Origin: Podarcis vaucheri
Lineage: Eukaryota
DNA length: 64,000 nt
Strand: one strand, 5' to 3'
Assembly: GCA_965113315.1 (NCBI GenBank)
Contig: OZ220377.1
This document shows, piece after piece, positions 47,880 to 62,200 of the stretch (the first letter of the stretch is position 1; every line of letters begins with the position of its first letter). A model generated the notes under the pieces. The model did no database searches and was not told the DNA's origin. It saw only the letters and a list, made by a program, of their open reading frames with translations. A program made the translations under genes and the position numbers.

Positions 47880-50202
47880 TCTCAAGCAGTTTTGTTTTTA
47901 TTTTAAATCAACATAAGCAAGGAAAAGAAATTGCACATTCACGCTAAAACCCTCAACAGGAATGATCCAAGTCTTCATTGCGACGTTTTCTTTTTTTTAA
48001 AAAAGTCAATCATTCTCCCCATCCTCACAGACGTCATCCCACTCACACAGTTGACGCTGGCACTCTGCACGCAATCAATGGAAAGGATGCAGCCTGGGGT
48101 GGCGGGGAGGGTCCCAAGCTGTTTCCCTTAGCAAGCTCAGGATGTGGTGGCTACCTGGCTGGGCAGAGACGTGACTGAGGTAAAGGGAGAGAGGCAGCCC
48201 GAACTCAGGAAGCACCTGTTGTCTCCACTTTCAGAGAATTGGGTTTCTTTTGGGGGGGGAGGGATACAAAGGGGGTTCTTAAAGACAGCACCATTCCCAT
48301 AGCAAGGCACTGCTCCGCTTACTACCAGCATGCCAGTGTCATTTATGCACAAGGCAGTGATCTGTGGAAGCCTCGTTCTTTTAGAAACTTCCCCCACCCC
48401 ACATCCAGGGGTTGGATGGAAGCTTTTGGCTACTGCCCCTCCAATGGCCCAGACAAAACACTCACTCCCCATGCCAGGCACCCTCTAAATGTGCAAGAGC
48501 TCTCAAGCATTACAGGACAGACAAAGCCACATCCACATTATAAAAGAACATGGGATGGGGGGGGGGAGAGGCAGGCGAGGGGCTCCCAGCCTGAGACTGT
48601 TGCAGCCCGGCCACCTCCCGCTCCTCAGAGCTCCCCACCCCAGCTAATTTCCTAATGAACAGCTTTGCACTTTCACACACTTCTATGAACCAAGCTTGAA
48701 GGAATTCAAAGGCAATTTAGCTTAAATACAAAAATAAAGTTTCATTTTGTTAAAAAATGTTTAAATATTTTTTTCTTAAATTTAGAATTAGGCAGGCTCA
48801 CGCACACACTCTCACACCGTTGTCTCCACTGTATGAAAAAAGCTGGCAGACACTGGGCTTTCGCGCTTCAAGAGGGAGAGGAGCTGGGGTGTTCTGTCCC
48901 AAAATGAAGGGAGCTCCTTGGAAGAGGAGGGGGTGCTCTTTTGCTTGCTGGAGCCTCTTGCAAGCAGTGCTGTGTAGTAGGACAGCCAACGTTGTGCCAT
49001 GGCAACCCTCTTGGAGCCTCTTCTCCCCCACCAAAATCCAGTGCAGGGAGTCAAAGGCACTGGAGCTGTGCAGCCCTGCTAGGGAGGGCGGCCTTGCTTC
49101 ACCTCCCTCTCCTCCTCCCAGATGATGCACACAGAGCCGCCCCCTGCTTAGCACTGCCAGCCTCCCAGTCTGAAAACTCCCGAGTGCTTGGCTCCACTCG
49201 GCACACGTAGCCACGTCCACACCCAATTCGGCGGGGTTCGTCTCCCTTGGAGACAAGACAGCCACCCCCCAAAAGAAATGTTTACAGCAAGTCCGGCATT
49301 ACCAACATGCCGCCACACATACAATTAAATTCTTCCTCCAAACTCGATTCACAGAGCAATTGAGAAAAAAAAAGGAAAGGGAAAGAAAGAACACATTCTG
49401 TGAGCAGAACAGACAGACGGATGATTGGGGAGGGGGGAGGGAGATGGAAGAGGGCAGGGGCTCAAGTGAAGCAGCAGCAGCAAGGGGGTGAGGTGGGGAG
49501 CTACCTCTTCCACCCCAGCATCTGACTGCGGAGGGGGTCCCAGCCACGGAGGAACAGTGATTAGTGTTTCGGCGAAGGGCCCCCAGCACAGTGACTGCAA
49601 CCATGGAGCCTCGGCAAGGTGGTTTTGCCAGCTGCAAAGGGGCTCTGAAGGTGGTGCGAGCGTGAGGTGTGGGCCACAGCATCATCGGAAAAGGACCCCA
49701 AGCCCTTGGTGTGGGGGGCCTCTGCCCTGGATCAGGAGAACCTTCTGCCACTTGTCTCCAGGAAGAGGGGAGAGGGCTCCAGGTGGAAACTGGCACACCG
49801 CTGCTGGCCTCCTCCCGGCACACTGCCCTCCCTTGGCAGCCAGAAAAGGGAGCAGGTTGAGGTAAGGCAAGAAGGTGGGTGGGAGGGAAGAGGGATCCAC
49901 AGGGGGCTGCTCACATGGGGAAAGGGAAAGTAGCCGATATGTACAAAATTTAATCCAGACTCAGTCATGGACTGTTCAAGTAAAAAGGGCTTGGTTTCTC
50001 CTGTCCCGTTTGAGGGGGTAAAAATTGCTCTGGGTAACTTCCTGCGGACGTCACAGACAACGTGGCCCCTAGGCCAGTCAGTCCTGCTGAGGGTGAGCTG
50101 TAGAAGCAGCAGCCTCCGTCGGGCAGGTGCTGTGCCCAGGCCAGTCTGGGCCCGACAGCAGGTTGGCCGGGAGCTGGAGCCCAGCCAGGAAGTCTCTCTT
50201 GG
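47880..50202 (-). other. POM121: POM121 3' UTR (~2.3 kb) with poly(A) signal
   Basis: AATAAA on the minus strand at 47897-47902, downstream of the TAG stop; AU-rich block ~48700-48790; Pumilio-type TGTACATA at 49938-49945 (minus). Confidence 0.6.
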
Positions 50203-53200
50203 CTACTTCTTGCGGGTGTGCTGCCTCCGGGCTTGTAGCCGCTGGCGGGAGCCAGTCTTGGATCCTGCCCCGATGGAGAAGGTGGGGGCTGGGGGTCCTG
50301 CAGGGAAAGACAGAAGCAACAAGAAGCCCCCATATCAGTCTTGGCTACATAGACCGAGGTCAGAGGGCTCACAGCAACAGCCCCTTCTGCCACGCAGGGC
50401 CGGATGGATAAGGGGGAAATGTATGCTGGGGTATCCCACAGCCCCCCCCCCATTCACCCAACCCCCTCAAGTTCATGGGAGCAAGGAAGCAGACAGAAAT
50501 CCTGTTCCATAAAACTCTGCTCATCTTCCCAGACTCTTACCAAAAGGAGGCCCGGCACTTCCAAAGGTGGGGGTGATGGATGTTCCAAAGGAAAGGGTGC
50601 TGCCCCCCACTGTGCCCGCTCCTGGTGCTGGCGAGCTCTGCCCAAATGTGGGTGGTGGAGCTCCTAGAAGACCAAAAGGTGGTGAAATGAGCGGCCCACC
50701 AGAGTAGGGACATGCATCCAAGGGGAAACAAAGCCAAGATGCTAGTCTCTGCCCTTTACTGCATGGGACTGGGAGTAAAAGAGCCAGCCCTTCTCTGCCT
50801 TTGCAAGACAATGCCAGGCCAATTGGACAGAATGAGGCAGGTCAGTCTGGACCCGCCTGTCTCCCAGCCAAGGGAGAAATGTCCCCCTCCTCTCTCAACA
50901 TGCCTTATTCTGTCACTGACATGAAGGACTGAAGCTTCATGCTCTAAAGCTCCCTAGCAGGAAGGCAGAGCGAGTCCAGCAAAACATAAAAACCTCGGCA
51001 TCTGTGCACACCCAGAGACTTTGCATGATTTATTCTGCTGTCAAAATCCAGGCTTTGGGAAGATCTAAAACTTTAGACTAGGAGTGGAGAAAAAGGGATG
51101 GAAATAAGGAGGAGGGAGGAGCATGGATGTAAGACCTGGATCCAGGGGAGTGAGTGTACACAGAACCTCCATGTGGCAGGGAAAGCGTTTCTCTCCTCCC
51201 TTCCCCTATGTTTAACAGATTGTACCTGACAATGTCTCTCAAATTCTCAGGCTTTGCAAAGAGAAGAGGATGAAGAATGGTGACAGTGGGCAAACGCAGT
51301 TGTATTTACAACCTGCTTTTTAAAGGCAGCCAACCCTGGAGAGAAAGGAGCTAGGGGCATGGCTGCAGCAGACCCACCCTGTCCTCCACCTCCCTTGCCC
51401 AGGACCCAGGTATGTGTGTCCATCTCAGGTTGGGGAACGACTCACCTCCAAAGGCTGGCTTGCTCTCTTGCGTGCCAGGGATGTTGAAAGCGAAACCAGA
51501 GCTCTGGCTCTGGGCTCCCAGAGGGTTTTGTGCCAAAGAAGATCCAAAGGGTGTTGCCGCTGCCGCTGCCCCTGCTGCCCCAATCTGTCCACTGCCAAAG
51601 CTAAAGCTCACGGGAGCCGCTCCGGGATTTGCAGTGCTAGCAGCAGCAGCTGCACCCATGCCAAAGGCATTGACTGCTCCAGGGGCCTGGTTGGCTGCCC
51701 CAAAGCTGAAGGGAGTGGGAGCTGAGCTCCCAAACACCGGGCCTCCTGCACTGCTGTTGCTGCTCGTGGTCTGAGTGTTGGACCCAAAGCCTGACGTGGT
51801 GGAGGTCGTGGCTGTCCCAAAGGAGAAGACAGAGGTGGTGGCTCCAAATGCTGGCTGGTTGGTGCTTTTTGCACCAAAGGATGGTAGGGCCCCAGTCCCA
51901 CTGAAGGGTGTCTGTGAGGGGCTGCCAAAAGCTGGTTGGGCCGCTGGCTGGGAGAAGTTGAAATGAGATTCAAAGCTCACAGGCCCTGCAGATGGCTTGG
52001 TGGCTGCCTGCTGACTCTCGGCAACTGTTGTGTCCAAAGCCAGCTGGCTGGTGTCCGTTGGGTACGGAGGCGGTGGCTTGGAAGCCGTGCCAAAGCCCCC
52101 TGTGAATGCAGAGGTGCTGGACCCAAACATCAGCGGAGGCTGTGTTGTAGCCGAAGGGGCCGTTGTGGCACCGCTGTTGCCGAAGAGGCTGAAGCCTGCC
52201 GTGGTGGTGGTGGTGCTGGGAGCCGCCTCTGTGTTGCAGGAGGGTGCCTGGCTGAAGGCAGAGCTCACCAAGGGGCTGAGAGTGGGACCTGTAGGGGCAA
52301 CCTGCTTGCCAAATTGGAAAAGGGGAGCAGTGCCGCTAGTGGATGGGGCCCCAAAGAGCGAGGGATGCTGGGATGATGCTGGTGCGGTGGCAGAGGTGCT
52401 GCTAGGTGCAGCTGTGGAGGCCGGCATGGTGGGCCCAAAGCCAAAGACTGCCTTGCTTGAGGAGACAGCTGTGGAGTTGGCTGTGGTGGAGAGCAGAGCT
52501 GCTGCAGTGGTGGTCACAGTGGCTTCCAGGGGAATGGGGAACCCAGGCGTAGCTGTGGTGGTGGAGCTGCTGGCGGGCAGGGTGGGCACGGGCGCCGGCT
52601 GGAAGGTGAACGGCGAGGCAGCTGCCACTGTTGCAGGAAGAGCTGAGGTGGCTGGTGGGGGCAGAGCCCCAAATACGGGCTTGAAAGTGCTGCTGGAAGT
52701 GACAGGAGGAGCAGCCAAGGAGGAGGGCAGAGTCCCAGTAGCCGGGGCAGGCCCAGTCGTGGTGGTGGTACTCATGGAGAAACCCAGCCCCTCACTCTTC
52801 ACCAGGCTGCCAAAGACGGGCTTGAACATGGGTGCTGCCTCAGGTGCAGGAGAGGCAGTTGTTGTTGTTGACACAGGGGCTGCAGGAGGGCTAGTAAGAA
52901 TCCCAAAGAGGGTGCTGGGCTTCGGGGCAGAGGCAGGCCGTGCTGGAGTCTGGCCCAGCTCAGAAGAGGAGGCAGCCATTGGGCTGCAGGTGCTGCTGGC
53001 AGGCTGGGCAGCACTGGAGGAAGAAGACAGTGCTGTAGTAGCCAGGGGCACTGGGACACCGAGTGACAACAGTGGGGCCTTGGTCACCTCAGGGGAGCTC
53101 ATGGGCATGGAAGATCCCAAATCCAGGGAAGGAGAAGCGGCTGACAGCGGAGGGATCTCTGCAGCAGAACCAGGACCTGGAATAGCAGGGGAGGAAGAGC

Positions 53201-56200
53201 ATTGTCACTATATCAGAGAGGAAATGCTGCTCAACAGCGAAAGCTCATCAACAACAGTTCTCTGTTTTGCATCAGACAACCACTATTTTCTCTCAATGCC
53301 CCCCCCGGCCTCCTCCTTCATCAGATATCAGTCTTCAGCTTGCCTTTAAGATGCAATGTCAAATGAGAAATCCTGCAACTTGTATATTCTCCTTCAGCCA
53401 CCCCAGCTGTGATTACATACAGGGAGGTTGAAGAGGGCTGAGACTTAACTCATCTGTCTTGACAGAAACTAACATCTGCACACGGCAAAGAAGCAAATTG
53501 TGGGGGAGGGGAGTCTGTGCCCTCAAGAAACTTGTCAGGAATTCCAGAATACTGTGGCAACCTCTCTCTCCCCACCTCCTCTGATGTAGTTAACTTTGTC
53601 CATTAATCCCTGGAAAGTGGCTTAGAGTAACCAGCTGGTTTTGACCTGAGACTTAAGGTCTCCCTGATCTTAACAAGACTGGACATTCCTCAAGGAAGAC
53701 TCTTTATGAAGCTACAAGCAAGTCTATCACACACAGGAGCGGGGATTCCACAGACCACCTTAAGAACAGCTACCCGCAACGGAAACTCCCACCATCTGTG
53801 GGCTAATACTGCTCAGCTCCCTCCAGTCCCGACATCATACAGCACTGCTGGCTGCAGCTGATAGGAGCTGCAGTCCCAGAAAGGGAAACATGCCTTACAG
53901 AGCACACAGAGGTAGAGTAGGGGCAGCCAAGGCAGCGCCCTCTCCCGACATATGGTTGGACTACAGCTCCCATCATGCCTAGTGACTGGCTGTGGTTGGC
54001 TGGGGGAGGTGGTAGAAATCAACATCAGGCTGGCAACCCTGGAAGAGGTTCTCCTGCAAGTAGGCACTCCAAATTAGAGAAGCTCCCAAGGTAGGAAATT
54101 CCGACTCTTTGAAAGGAAGTGTCACCCAAGCTATTTTTTGTGCCCCCTTGAAAAACTGCAATTGATCAGCTTTTAATGATGGTATGATGCCTTAAAGAAA
54201 CTAAGTAACTCAGATCCTTTAGCCCCCAGGGTCATCAGGTGCCCTCCACCAGATAAAAACCCCTCTGGAATCTCCCTCCCACACCCCTTTCCAAACCAGC
54301 ATGGCTAGATTTCTGCAGCAGGAAGGCAGAACGCCATTGGGAAGAGCTGCACCCTCAATCACATCATAGCCAAGCTACTGTCATCCCCCAAGGCCTCCCC
54401 AAACCACTCACCAGCTAGCCCTGAGGAGCTCTGCCCATCTTGCATCTTCTTCAGGCTCTCCAGGAGGGGGTTGGTGCTGGCAGCTGTGACAGCCAGCGAC
54501 ACAGCAGTGGACTTGTTAGGTATTGTCCCGAAAGACAGGGTGCTGGGTGGTGAGGTCATCGGCGCTGAGAGTCTGGGAGTGGAATCTGTTGGGGAGGACC
54601 AGCATGTAAGGAGCAGAGTGCTTAGGGCTTTAAAAAATGTATTAAGCAGGATATAAATGCAGAATAAACCCAGGGGCACCCAAACACAACAACCAAGGAG
54701 GCAACCAAATGTACAAAGCCAATTGATAGACCTGCTATTCCTGAGAGCCACTAAAGGGACCTTCTTGAGGAGATCCAAAAATCCCTGTTTTCTGTTTTAT
54801 TTTACTCTGCAAGCCCCTTATTCCAATGCCCTCCCCTCCCTAAACTTGAGGCAGTTCATACACAGAGGGGAGAGGGTGCTCCTACCAGTCTTGTCCTCCA
54901 GGACTCTGTTGAACCACTGCAGAGCAGCCTTCTTTTCTGCATCCAGGTCAGCAGAAGTGACAGAATAGCCCAGCTGAGGCGGAAGAGGCTGTGGAGAGAA
55001 GAGGAGGGACATTGCTTGCTTCAGGTGAGCATGGCGGTCCAGTGGGCCCCCGGAGGAAGGAGGGAAAGCCCTCCAAGGGGCAGCAGAGGCAGCAGCCTGA
55101 CACCAAGACAGTCTACCTGGCTCAGCCTTGTTTACACCAGGGGCAGTCAAAGCGGTCAGCAACCTTTGACTCAGTCAAGGCAAAAGGCAGTGAGACAAGA
55201 GCTTGGCACTCATTCTCTCTCACTCCAAGCTTGTCCTCAAGGCCAACTAAGTCCAGAAAAAGGAACAGAAGGAGCGTACCATGGTGAAATTATCTTCCCG
55301 CCGAGTGGAGAGCAACTGGATCTTCCGCTTGCGCTTGCCAGTGCTGCCTGATGAAGGTGGCGACACTGGTGAGCTGTGCCTGCTCCGCAGGGGCATCTCT
55401 GCTGCTGCAAGAAGAGGAGGCCAGAGTTGGTAAGCCCACGGTTTTATGCATGAGGCCCTGCCCAGCCAAAGGAGGCTTGGGATTCTGCAGCACTGGTGGC
55501 CTGTTTCTAAATACTGTCACTTTAAGCTTCTAATAAATCCCAGGTGGACATAATGTGAACATGGGAAGTGAGAGGAAAAACCTAAAATGGGGTTGCTGAG
55601 ACGTGTAGCATCCAGCCCTCCAAATGCTGCTGACAACTCCCCTCACTCCTGACAGCCAGTGTGGCTGAAGGCCAGGGATAGTGGAAGCTCCAGGGAGATC
55701 TGGATTGCTACACGTTAAGATACATCCCCTGCCTCCGGCCATTCTAAAGTCTTCCCAACTAGCCTGTATTGAGATAAATATTCTGCCCACCCGCCTGCTC
55801 CACCCACCAAGAGTTTTGCATTTGTTCGTTTTTTCCTTTAAGATCATCACAACAGAATCAATGCCACATCAATTCTGGTTCCTGCTCCAGGTATGTCCAC
55901 CTTTTTATTAGCAAAGCATCCCTGTCCCCCCTCCACCTGCCTACTCACACTCATTCTTCTCTGCTGGCGCCTCCTTGTCTGTCCTCACAGGTGTGGAGTT
56001 GATAGACTGGTGAGACTCATCATCCCTGGAGCAAAAGGAGAAAGCCACTGAGACCTGACTCTTGAGGACTCATTGCTCTCAATACTCTGGCAGGTGAAGG
56101 GGTGTAGCTAAGGAAACGGATGCCTTGGAGGACCCTTGCTATAAAATGTACCTTGTGCTGTCCGAAAACACCCACATTAAGGAGTCAGCTTTCCCATTTC

Positions 56201-59200
56201 ACAGAAGCCTTCTACCTATTCAAAGGCAAAGTTGGTCTTGTACAAGACCTCTAATGCTTTCACTCAGAAACAGCACTCTTTTCCAGAGGGCGCATCAACA
56301 TAGGAAAACTGTGGCAATGTGAAAGGAAAGGGAGGTGTTGCTCTGGATGGGAACCATGGGGAAGGGGGGAGTCCTTGAACCCCCCCCCCCGGCCGGCCTC
56401 CTGGCCCTTCCCGGCCTTGGCCCCACACTGCCAGAAGCAGGAAGGGAGAAGGTGCACTCACGTGAGGCTGGCATTGGGGTATCTTGCTTTTTTGTTCGGC
56501 CTCTCAGGTGTCTGAGAACGGGAGGATGCTGGGCTGGAGAGAGGAGAGGTGCTTGGGCCGCTCCTCTTCCATACCTGGAGGAGGGAAGGAAAGAGGACAG
56601 CAGAGGCAGAGTAAGATGGCAGCATCACACACCTCTTAGCTGGAGCTCTAGTGAAACCACTTAGCACAGCCTCAGCCAACCTGAGGCCCTTCGGATGTTG
56701 CTGGGATACAGTGCCCATCAGCTCCAGCCAGATGATTTAATCCAAGAATGGAGAACCTATGGCAGCATTCGAGGCATTGCTGACTGGAACCCCCATCACC
56801 CTGACCATTCGTCGTCCTGCCTGGATGGGCTGCTAGAGTCTAACAGCATCTGGAGGGCACCACAGATGCCCCCTGTCTTAACAGATATAAAATGAACGAA
56901 ATCCTGGAACACGGCAAAAGTCACAGCAAGATCAGAGTAATGCAATTACTAAATCTTGCCTTCTATATTTACCAACAGATGAAGTAACACACTTTGTAAG
57001 CACGTTCACACCCTGCTGTTCTCGCATATAATTCAAGATGAAAGTGCTTTCATGGGGGCTTCCAATTCAAGCACTGACCATACCCAGACTGGCTTCATGT
57101 CCGCCAGGTAAGCTGGGTGAAGGGCCAACAGGCCAACCCAGAGAATTAGAATATAAAATAAGATGAAGTACGATGATGCAAGAAGTCAGGACACGGAGCA
57201 ACAATGTTCCTAGGAGATGAAAATATTTTTGGAACTCTGAGAGGCCTTTCATGTTCCGTGTCCTAAAGGCATTTCATTTCAGGGATAACTTTCAAAGATT
57301 AACTAAAGCTATATGCTGTCAGCTGGCCCTTCTACAAGTAGGAACTCTCAGGGGAATCTCAATTGTCCAGTGTGGCTTTGCCATCCCCATGTTCAATTTT
57401 ATCTAGAACTAGGGCAGCCTTCTGCAAACTGGGCTCCAGATGTTTTGGACTATGACTCATCAGTTCCAGTCAACATGCTATGAATTATACCAGTTGAAAA
57501 TGTATAATCTCTAACAGTAAGGGTGGGGGGACCTAAGCTTGACTTCTCAGGTATAAACTTTTGGTTTTTTTTAAATATGAGAAAAACAGTTTAAACATTT
57601 ATGATGAAGACCATTGAAAAACAACTACTGTAACACTGGATTTAGAACTACTGATTTTCTTATTAATTTACACAAAGGGATTGCCGCTCAGTTGATATAT
57701 CATGACTTGTGATGCTAAATATCTCCAGCCTCCCTGACCATGGGGAAAAGAAGCCAAGGGACTGGCACGTACCTGTGAGAGGCCCCGGGTGGAACTGTAG
57801 GAGCTGGCGATGGCATTGCGGATGGAGCTAGGGATCCCCCCTACAGGCAGGCTGTTGATGGAGCTGAGGGAGGAGGTACGCGACCTCTTGGAGGAGCCTT
57901 CTTCCAGGCAGTGGGACAAGAGGAGGCAGCGCTTCAGGGAGCCAGGCCTAGGGGCAAGAGGCAGAGATGGCAGTAGCACAGTGAGCCACCTTCGACAGGG
58001 CTCTCCTTCTGTCAAAGCCTTGCTGGGAAGATGGCCTTTTACAGAAATCACCCCACAATTCATATCCAGGAGATCATGGAGAGATTTGCCAAACCTCAAA
58101 CTTCTCTCCACCCATATGAACAATGACCTCAACCTGCCTTTTCTAGCACAACCATGTGCACAGCAGCATTTCAGCGCCAAAGGACACATGATGAAGCAGA
58201 TCCAATTGTGGTTTCTCTCTTTTTAAAAATACTTCAATGCAGGGGAGGGGAGGGGAGAGGATGGAGGTCAGGCCTCTGAACTTGATTGGTGTAATGAGCA
58301 CTGCTCCCCTACACTCCACCATTATTTGTTAATACCATTATTAGGAGGAAGCCTTTTTCCAGGCAAAGCTCTCAGTACTTACTTGGGGACCAAAGATGCT
58401 GGGGCGCCGTTGGCCACCAAGGGCTCAAAGGCAGACTGTCCACTCCCGCTGCTATCATGGCGCCTGGAAGGGGGGAGAGAAAAGGGAAAAAAGGTCTTCA
58501 GAAAACATAAGAGGGTAGCTGTCACAAGCATGGATCCAGCTCATTACGATACTGAGCAAGGCCAACTCAGCTCTCAGCCTGGCAAGGCAAGGGATGGCAC
58601 AGTGGCGGATGCCAACAACCTTGGAAGACCCCAGTTTAAATCTTGGTGCAACTTAGCAGGTGATGCAAGGGGCTGGTGGTTTACCATTTCATTCATTTTT
58701 TGAAGGGGGCTATTCAGAAATTAGTCAAATGGTTTTGAGAGAGGGGTCTTGCTCTTTTAGATTTTTCAGCTAATTGAAACTGAAGTCCATCTCAGCAGCC
58801 TCTCACCCTCACCCCAACAAAGCCACATTGCAACTGTGCCATGGTCCAGTTTGGAAGCAAAGCAAAGCCAAACCAAACCGTTACTGAGCATGAGGCTGAG
58901 AATGTGTGGGTGTAGAGTGAGAATCATGATTGCCACACTCCTCTTCCTGGCTGTGCAACCCGTATGACATAGCAATACGGGCTTGGGATTTGTCTCCCCC
59001 ATGCAACCACAAGCCCAGTTGGAGGCCCAGGGAGGAGGAAAAGCACCTGCAAGCACCTGAATACTCAAGCACTTGTGCACAGGTCCCTTAAACAACCGTG
59101 TAGTTCACTCACTTAAGAGACTTGGGGGATATAGAGAGTTCCAACAACATGTAGGAACCTGAGGCTCACTATGTCACCAAGAACCCACTCCAGCCTTGAT

Positions 59201-62200
59201 AGGGGCAAGGTACGACTTGGGTGGTTTCTGCCTTTTCTTAGTGATTAAGCATCAGTGGTTCTGAGGCAGACATCTTCAGTCCCAGGATCTCAGTCCCTTT
59301 GTGCCCTAACCGATGCTGCTGGCAACCAGACAGGCCACTGCTGGCTTTTACCTCCTCTTGCTCTCCTGGCCACCTGGGACATTCCGGTCCTCCTCTCCCT
59401 CCTCCTCCTCCTCCACGGCCCTCTTTCGGCTCTCCCTGAGAGCGCTCAAGACCGTCTCTTTGGCGCATGGGTCCAGGGTACTGTTGGGCGTTGCAGAGAA
59501 AGCCACGGGGGAAGCCAGCTGCTCCAACCTGTTAATAGGAAGAAACAGTAGTCATAAGGAATCGGAGCTCTCCCGCACCCCAACAATATGCTCTCCCTCA
59601 GGAGGCGAGGTGTCCCCACCCGCCTGAATCCAGTGAGATCTTGTTGGCAAGAGTTATGGCTGCAAGGAGTCTCTCTCCAATCAGCCTGAGGGCTTGCTCA
59701 TGACCTCACAAAGCTCTTCTAGGGCAGCAAGCTGATGCTGATTAAGAAGTCATTCTAGGGCCATCAGCTGAAGAGGAGGAAGAGAGGCTTGGCCGCTCAC
59801 ACCAACCAATCAGGACTGGCCTAATGAGGCAACAGGGCCAAGTGAGATTTAGGCTGTGTATACACCCCAATTTTACAAAATCAAAATCCACCAGAAGGGA
59901 TCTTCCCAATTTCTCCTAGCTCTACCCAGTCATTTTAAACATTTATTGGAATTGTGTTTTAGTCTGTTTTTTAAAAAAGTGCTTGGGTTTTTTGTTTTGT
60001 CTTGTTGCATTTTGTTATGCTTACTGTTTGTTGCTTTTGTTAATCTTTTGATTATTAAAAAATAAAAAATAAACCCATGAAGGAATTGCTTGGCTTGGGA
60101 CAGATCCTAGCCAGAGACTTACAGTGGGGAACGGCAGAGGCTGCTGTCTGGTCGAGCAATCTTCACCGTCACAGGGCTCCGGGCCAGGCTGGAGTTGTGG
60201 ACAGCCAGCCTGTTTTTACGCCGATATCCATCCCAGCAGATTGAGGGCAGGGTCCCCAGAGAGGCATACTGTGCCTGCTGGATGGGGTAGCGCCGCCGAG
60301 GGGAAAGCATAAAATGAGGTGATGCAGAGAGGTGGTCCCTGAAGAGAGAAAAGAACACGGGTCAGTCAAGACAAGGGGAAAGAAGATGCCCAAAGAGTGG
60401 CTGGCCTTTCCTCAAAAAGTACAAGCTAGAAAAGGAAACCCTCAAACTGAACAGGCAAGTTCTCTTCTTGGCCACTACAAGGGGTTTCTTTTCACAGCCA
60501 TGATCCACTTTGTAAGAAGAACCTGGGGGAAACTACACACGTTCAAAAGCTGAGGACTGATGGCGCTCTGAGTGTCAATAACCTCAGCCACAAATAGGAA
60601 GACACATGATCCATCAGTTTATACTGCCGGTTGCTTTACTGCCTGGCAAATACTTGGCAGACACTGTCCTCACTACACCAACCTGAACACTAGTGCAGCA
60701 GTGGCTGGATTCAAGTGTGGAAGGCTTCTGTTATTCATCTGAAAGATACATCAAACAATCTCCATCTAATTGTTAAAATCACTGCTGAGCTGTTACAATC
60801 ACCTAACCTAACAAGCACACACATATGGAGGTTGTGAAGCTCAGATACATCACATCAAATGTATGGCATTCTATTGAACACCCACATGAGCTTGTGGAAG
60901 GAGAGAGGGGCTTCTCTAACAGTTTAAAGTTGGCTGATTCATGTTCAAAGAAATGAGGTGCTGAAATGGGCTCCCCACCTACTTCGTAAGGAAAAGTCCT
61001 GCCCCAGCAGCCTCTCAAGACAGGAGAGGGATATGCTGGAATGCTTTCCTTAATGCAAGGCAAGCACATCAACATTCAGGCCTTCTATGACTTCAGGGAT
61101 GCCTTTATGTAAGACAATTTCCTGCAGAAGACAAAAAGGTATTTCTCTCTTCACAGCACACATTTCCTGGACTAGCCATCTCTGAACTCATCACAATGCA
61201 GAAAGTTTTTGACAAACCACTTCCACACAAGGGACTGGAATGAAGATGCTGAGAATCCAATCCTCTCTGAGGAAACAAGCAGATCACACTGCAGCTACAA
61301 GAACCACCACACCCTGCATCCTGATGCTTCTCACATTAGCCATCCTGGTGCCTCTGGGAAGCCCCCAAACAGGGGGGAAGGGGCAGCAACCCTTCCCAGC
61401 ATCTGATTCAGAGGGAAGCTGCCCCTGAAGATGTCTGAAGGTTCCATTCAGCCATCAACAACCCTCCTCCTCCTCTGAACATGCCATCTAAGCCAGGGGC
61501 CAACACTACAGCTTGCAGTAAGCAAGCCCCATGGATTATTCCTGCCTATAGGAAGAAGCATTTTCTTGTCTACTGGCAATCAAAGTAATCAGCCACCTGA
61601 GGTTCCAGTCTTATGGTGGAAGGAAGTCTCCATATAATCTCACCATTTCCTATACGCCATGTGTAATTTGATAAGCATCTACCTAGTCCCTACCTTAGTA
61701 GTGTTATTTGCTGCTAAACAAAAAAGCCTCCAATACATTAGCCAATACAAGAAGCTGTCCTACATAGAGCTTGGACCAAATTGGTCCAGCTAGCTTAGTA
61801 CTGTCTGTATTGATTGGCAGAGGCTCTCCAGGGTCTTCAGCAGGGGACACTCTCAGCCCTTCCTGGAGATTCTGTCTAGGACTCTGTCCTACCACTGGGA
61901 CACAGCCCTACCCCTCACAGGAAAGCTACTGCCAGCAAAAGGACACGCGCCTGAGTTGGGTCTTTTTCTTTATTGTTTAGACCATTTACACACCTAACTA
62001 TTCTGGCTGAAACCAACATCACTCAAAGTGTCTAACCTGCCCTTTTTAAAATACAATGGTAAAGCTGATAAAGAACAAACAACAGAATCTCTCTCAACAG
62101 AGTCTGGCAGCAAGCACAACTGTTGATCCCAAACTGGCACATTCAGCCTTGAGAAAAAAGCCTGACTGGTCTCTAGGCAGTGATGGGGCTCCCTCAGGAC

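Noticed and set aside
52030-53349. 439-aa + strand ORF
   Set aside because: Antisense shadow of the low-complexity S/T/P/A-rich POM121 exon; the V/G/A-rich composition is what the reverse complement predicts.
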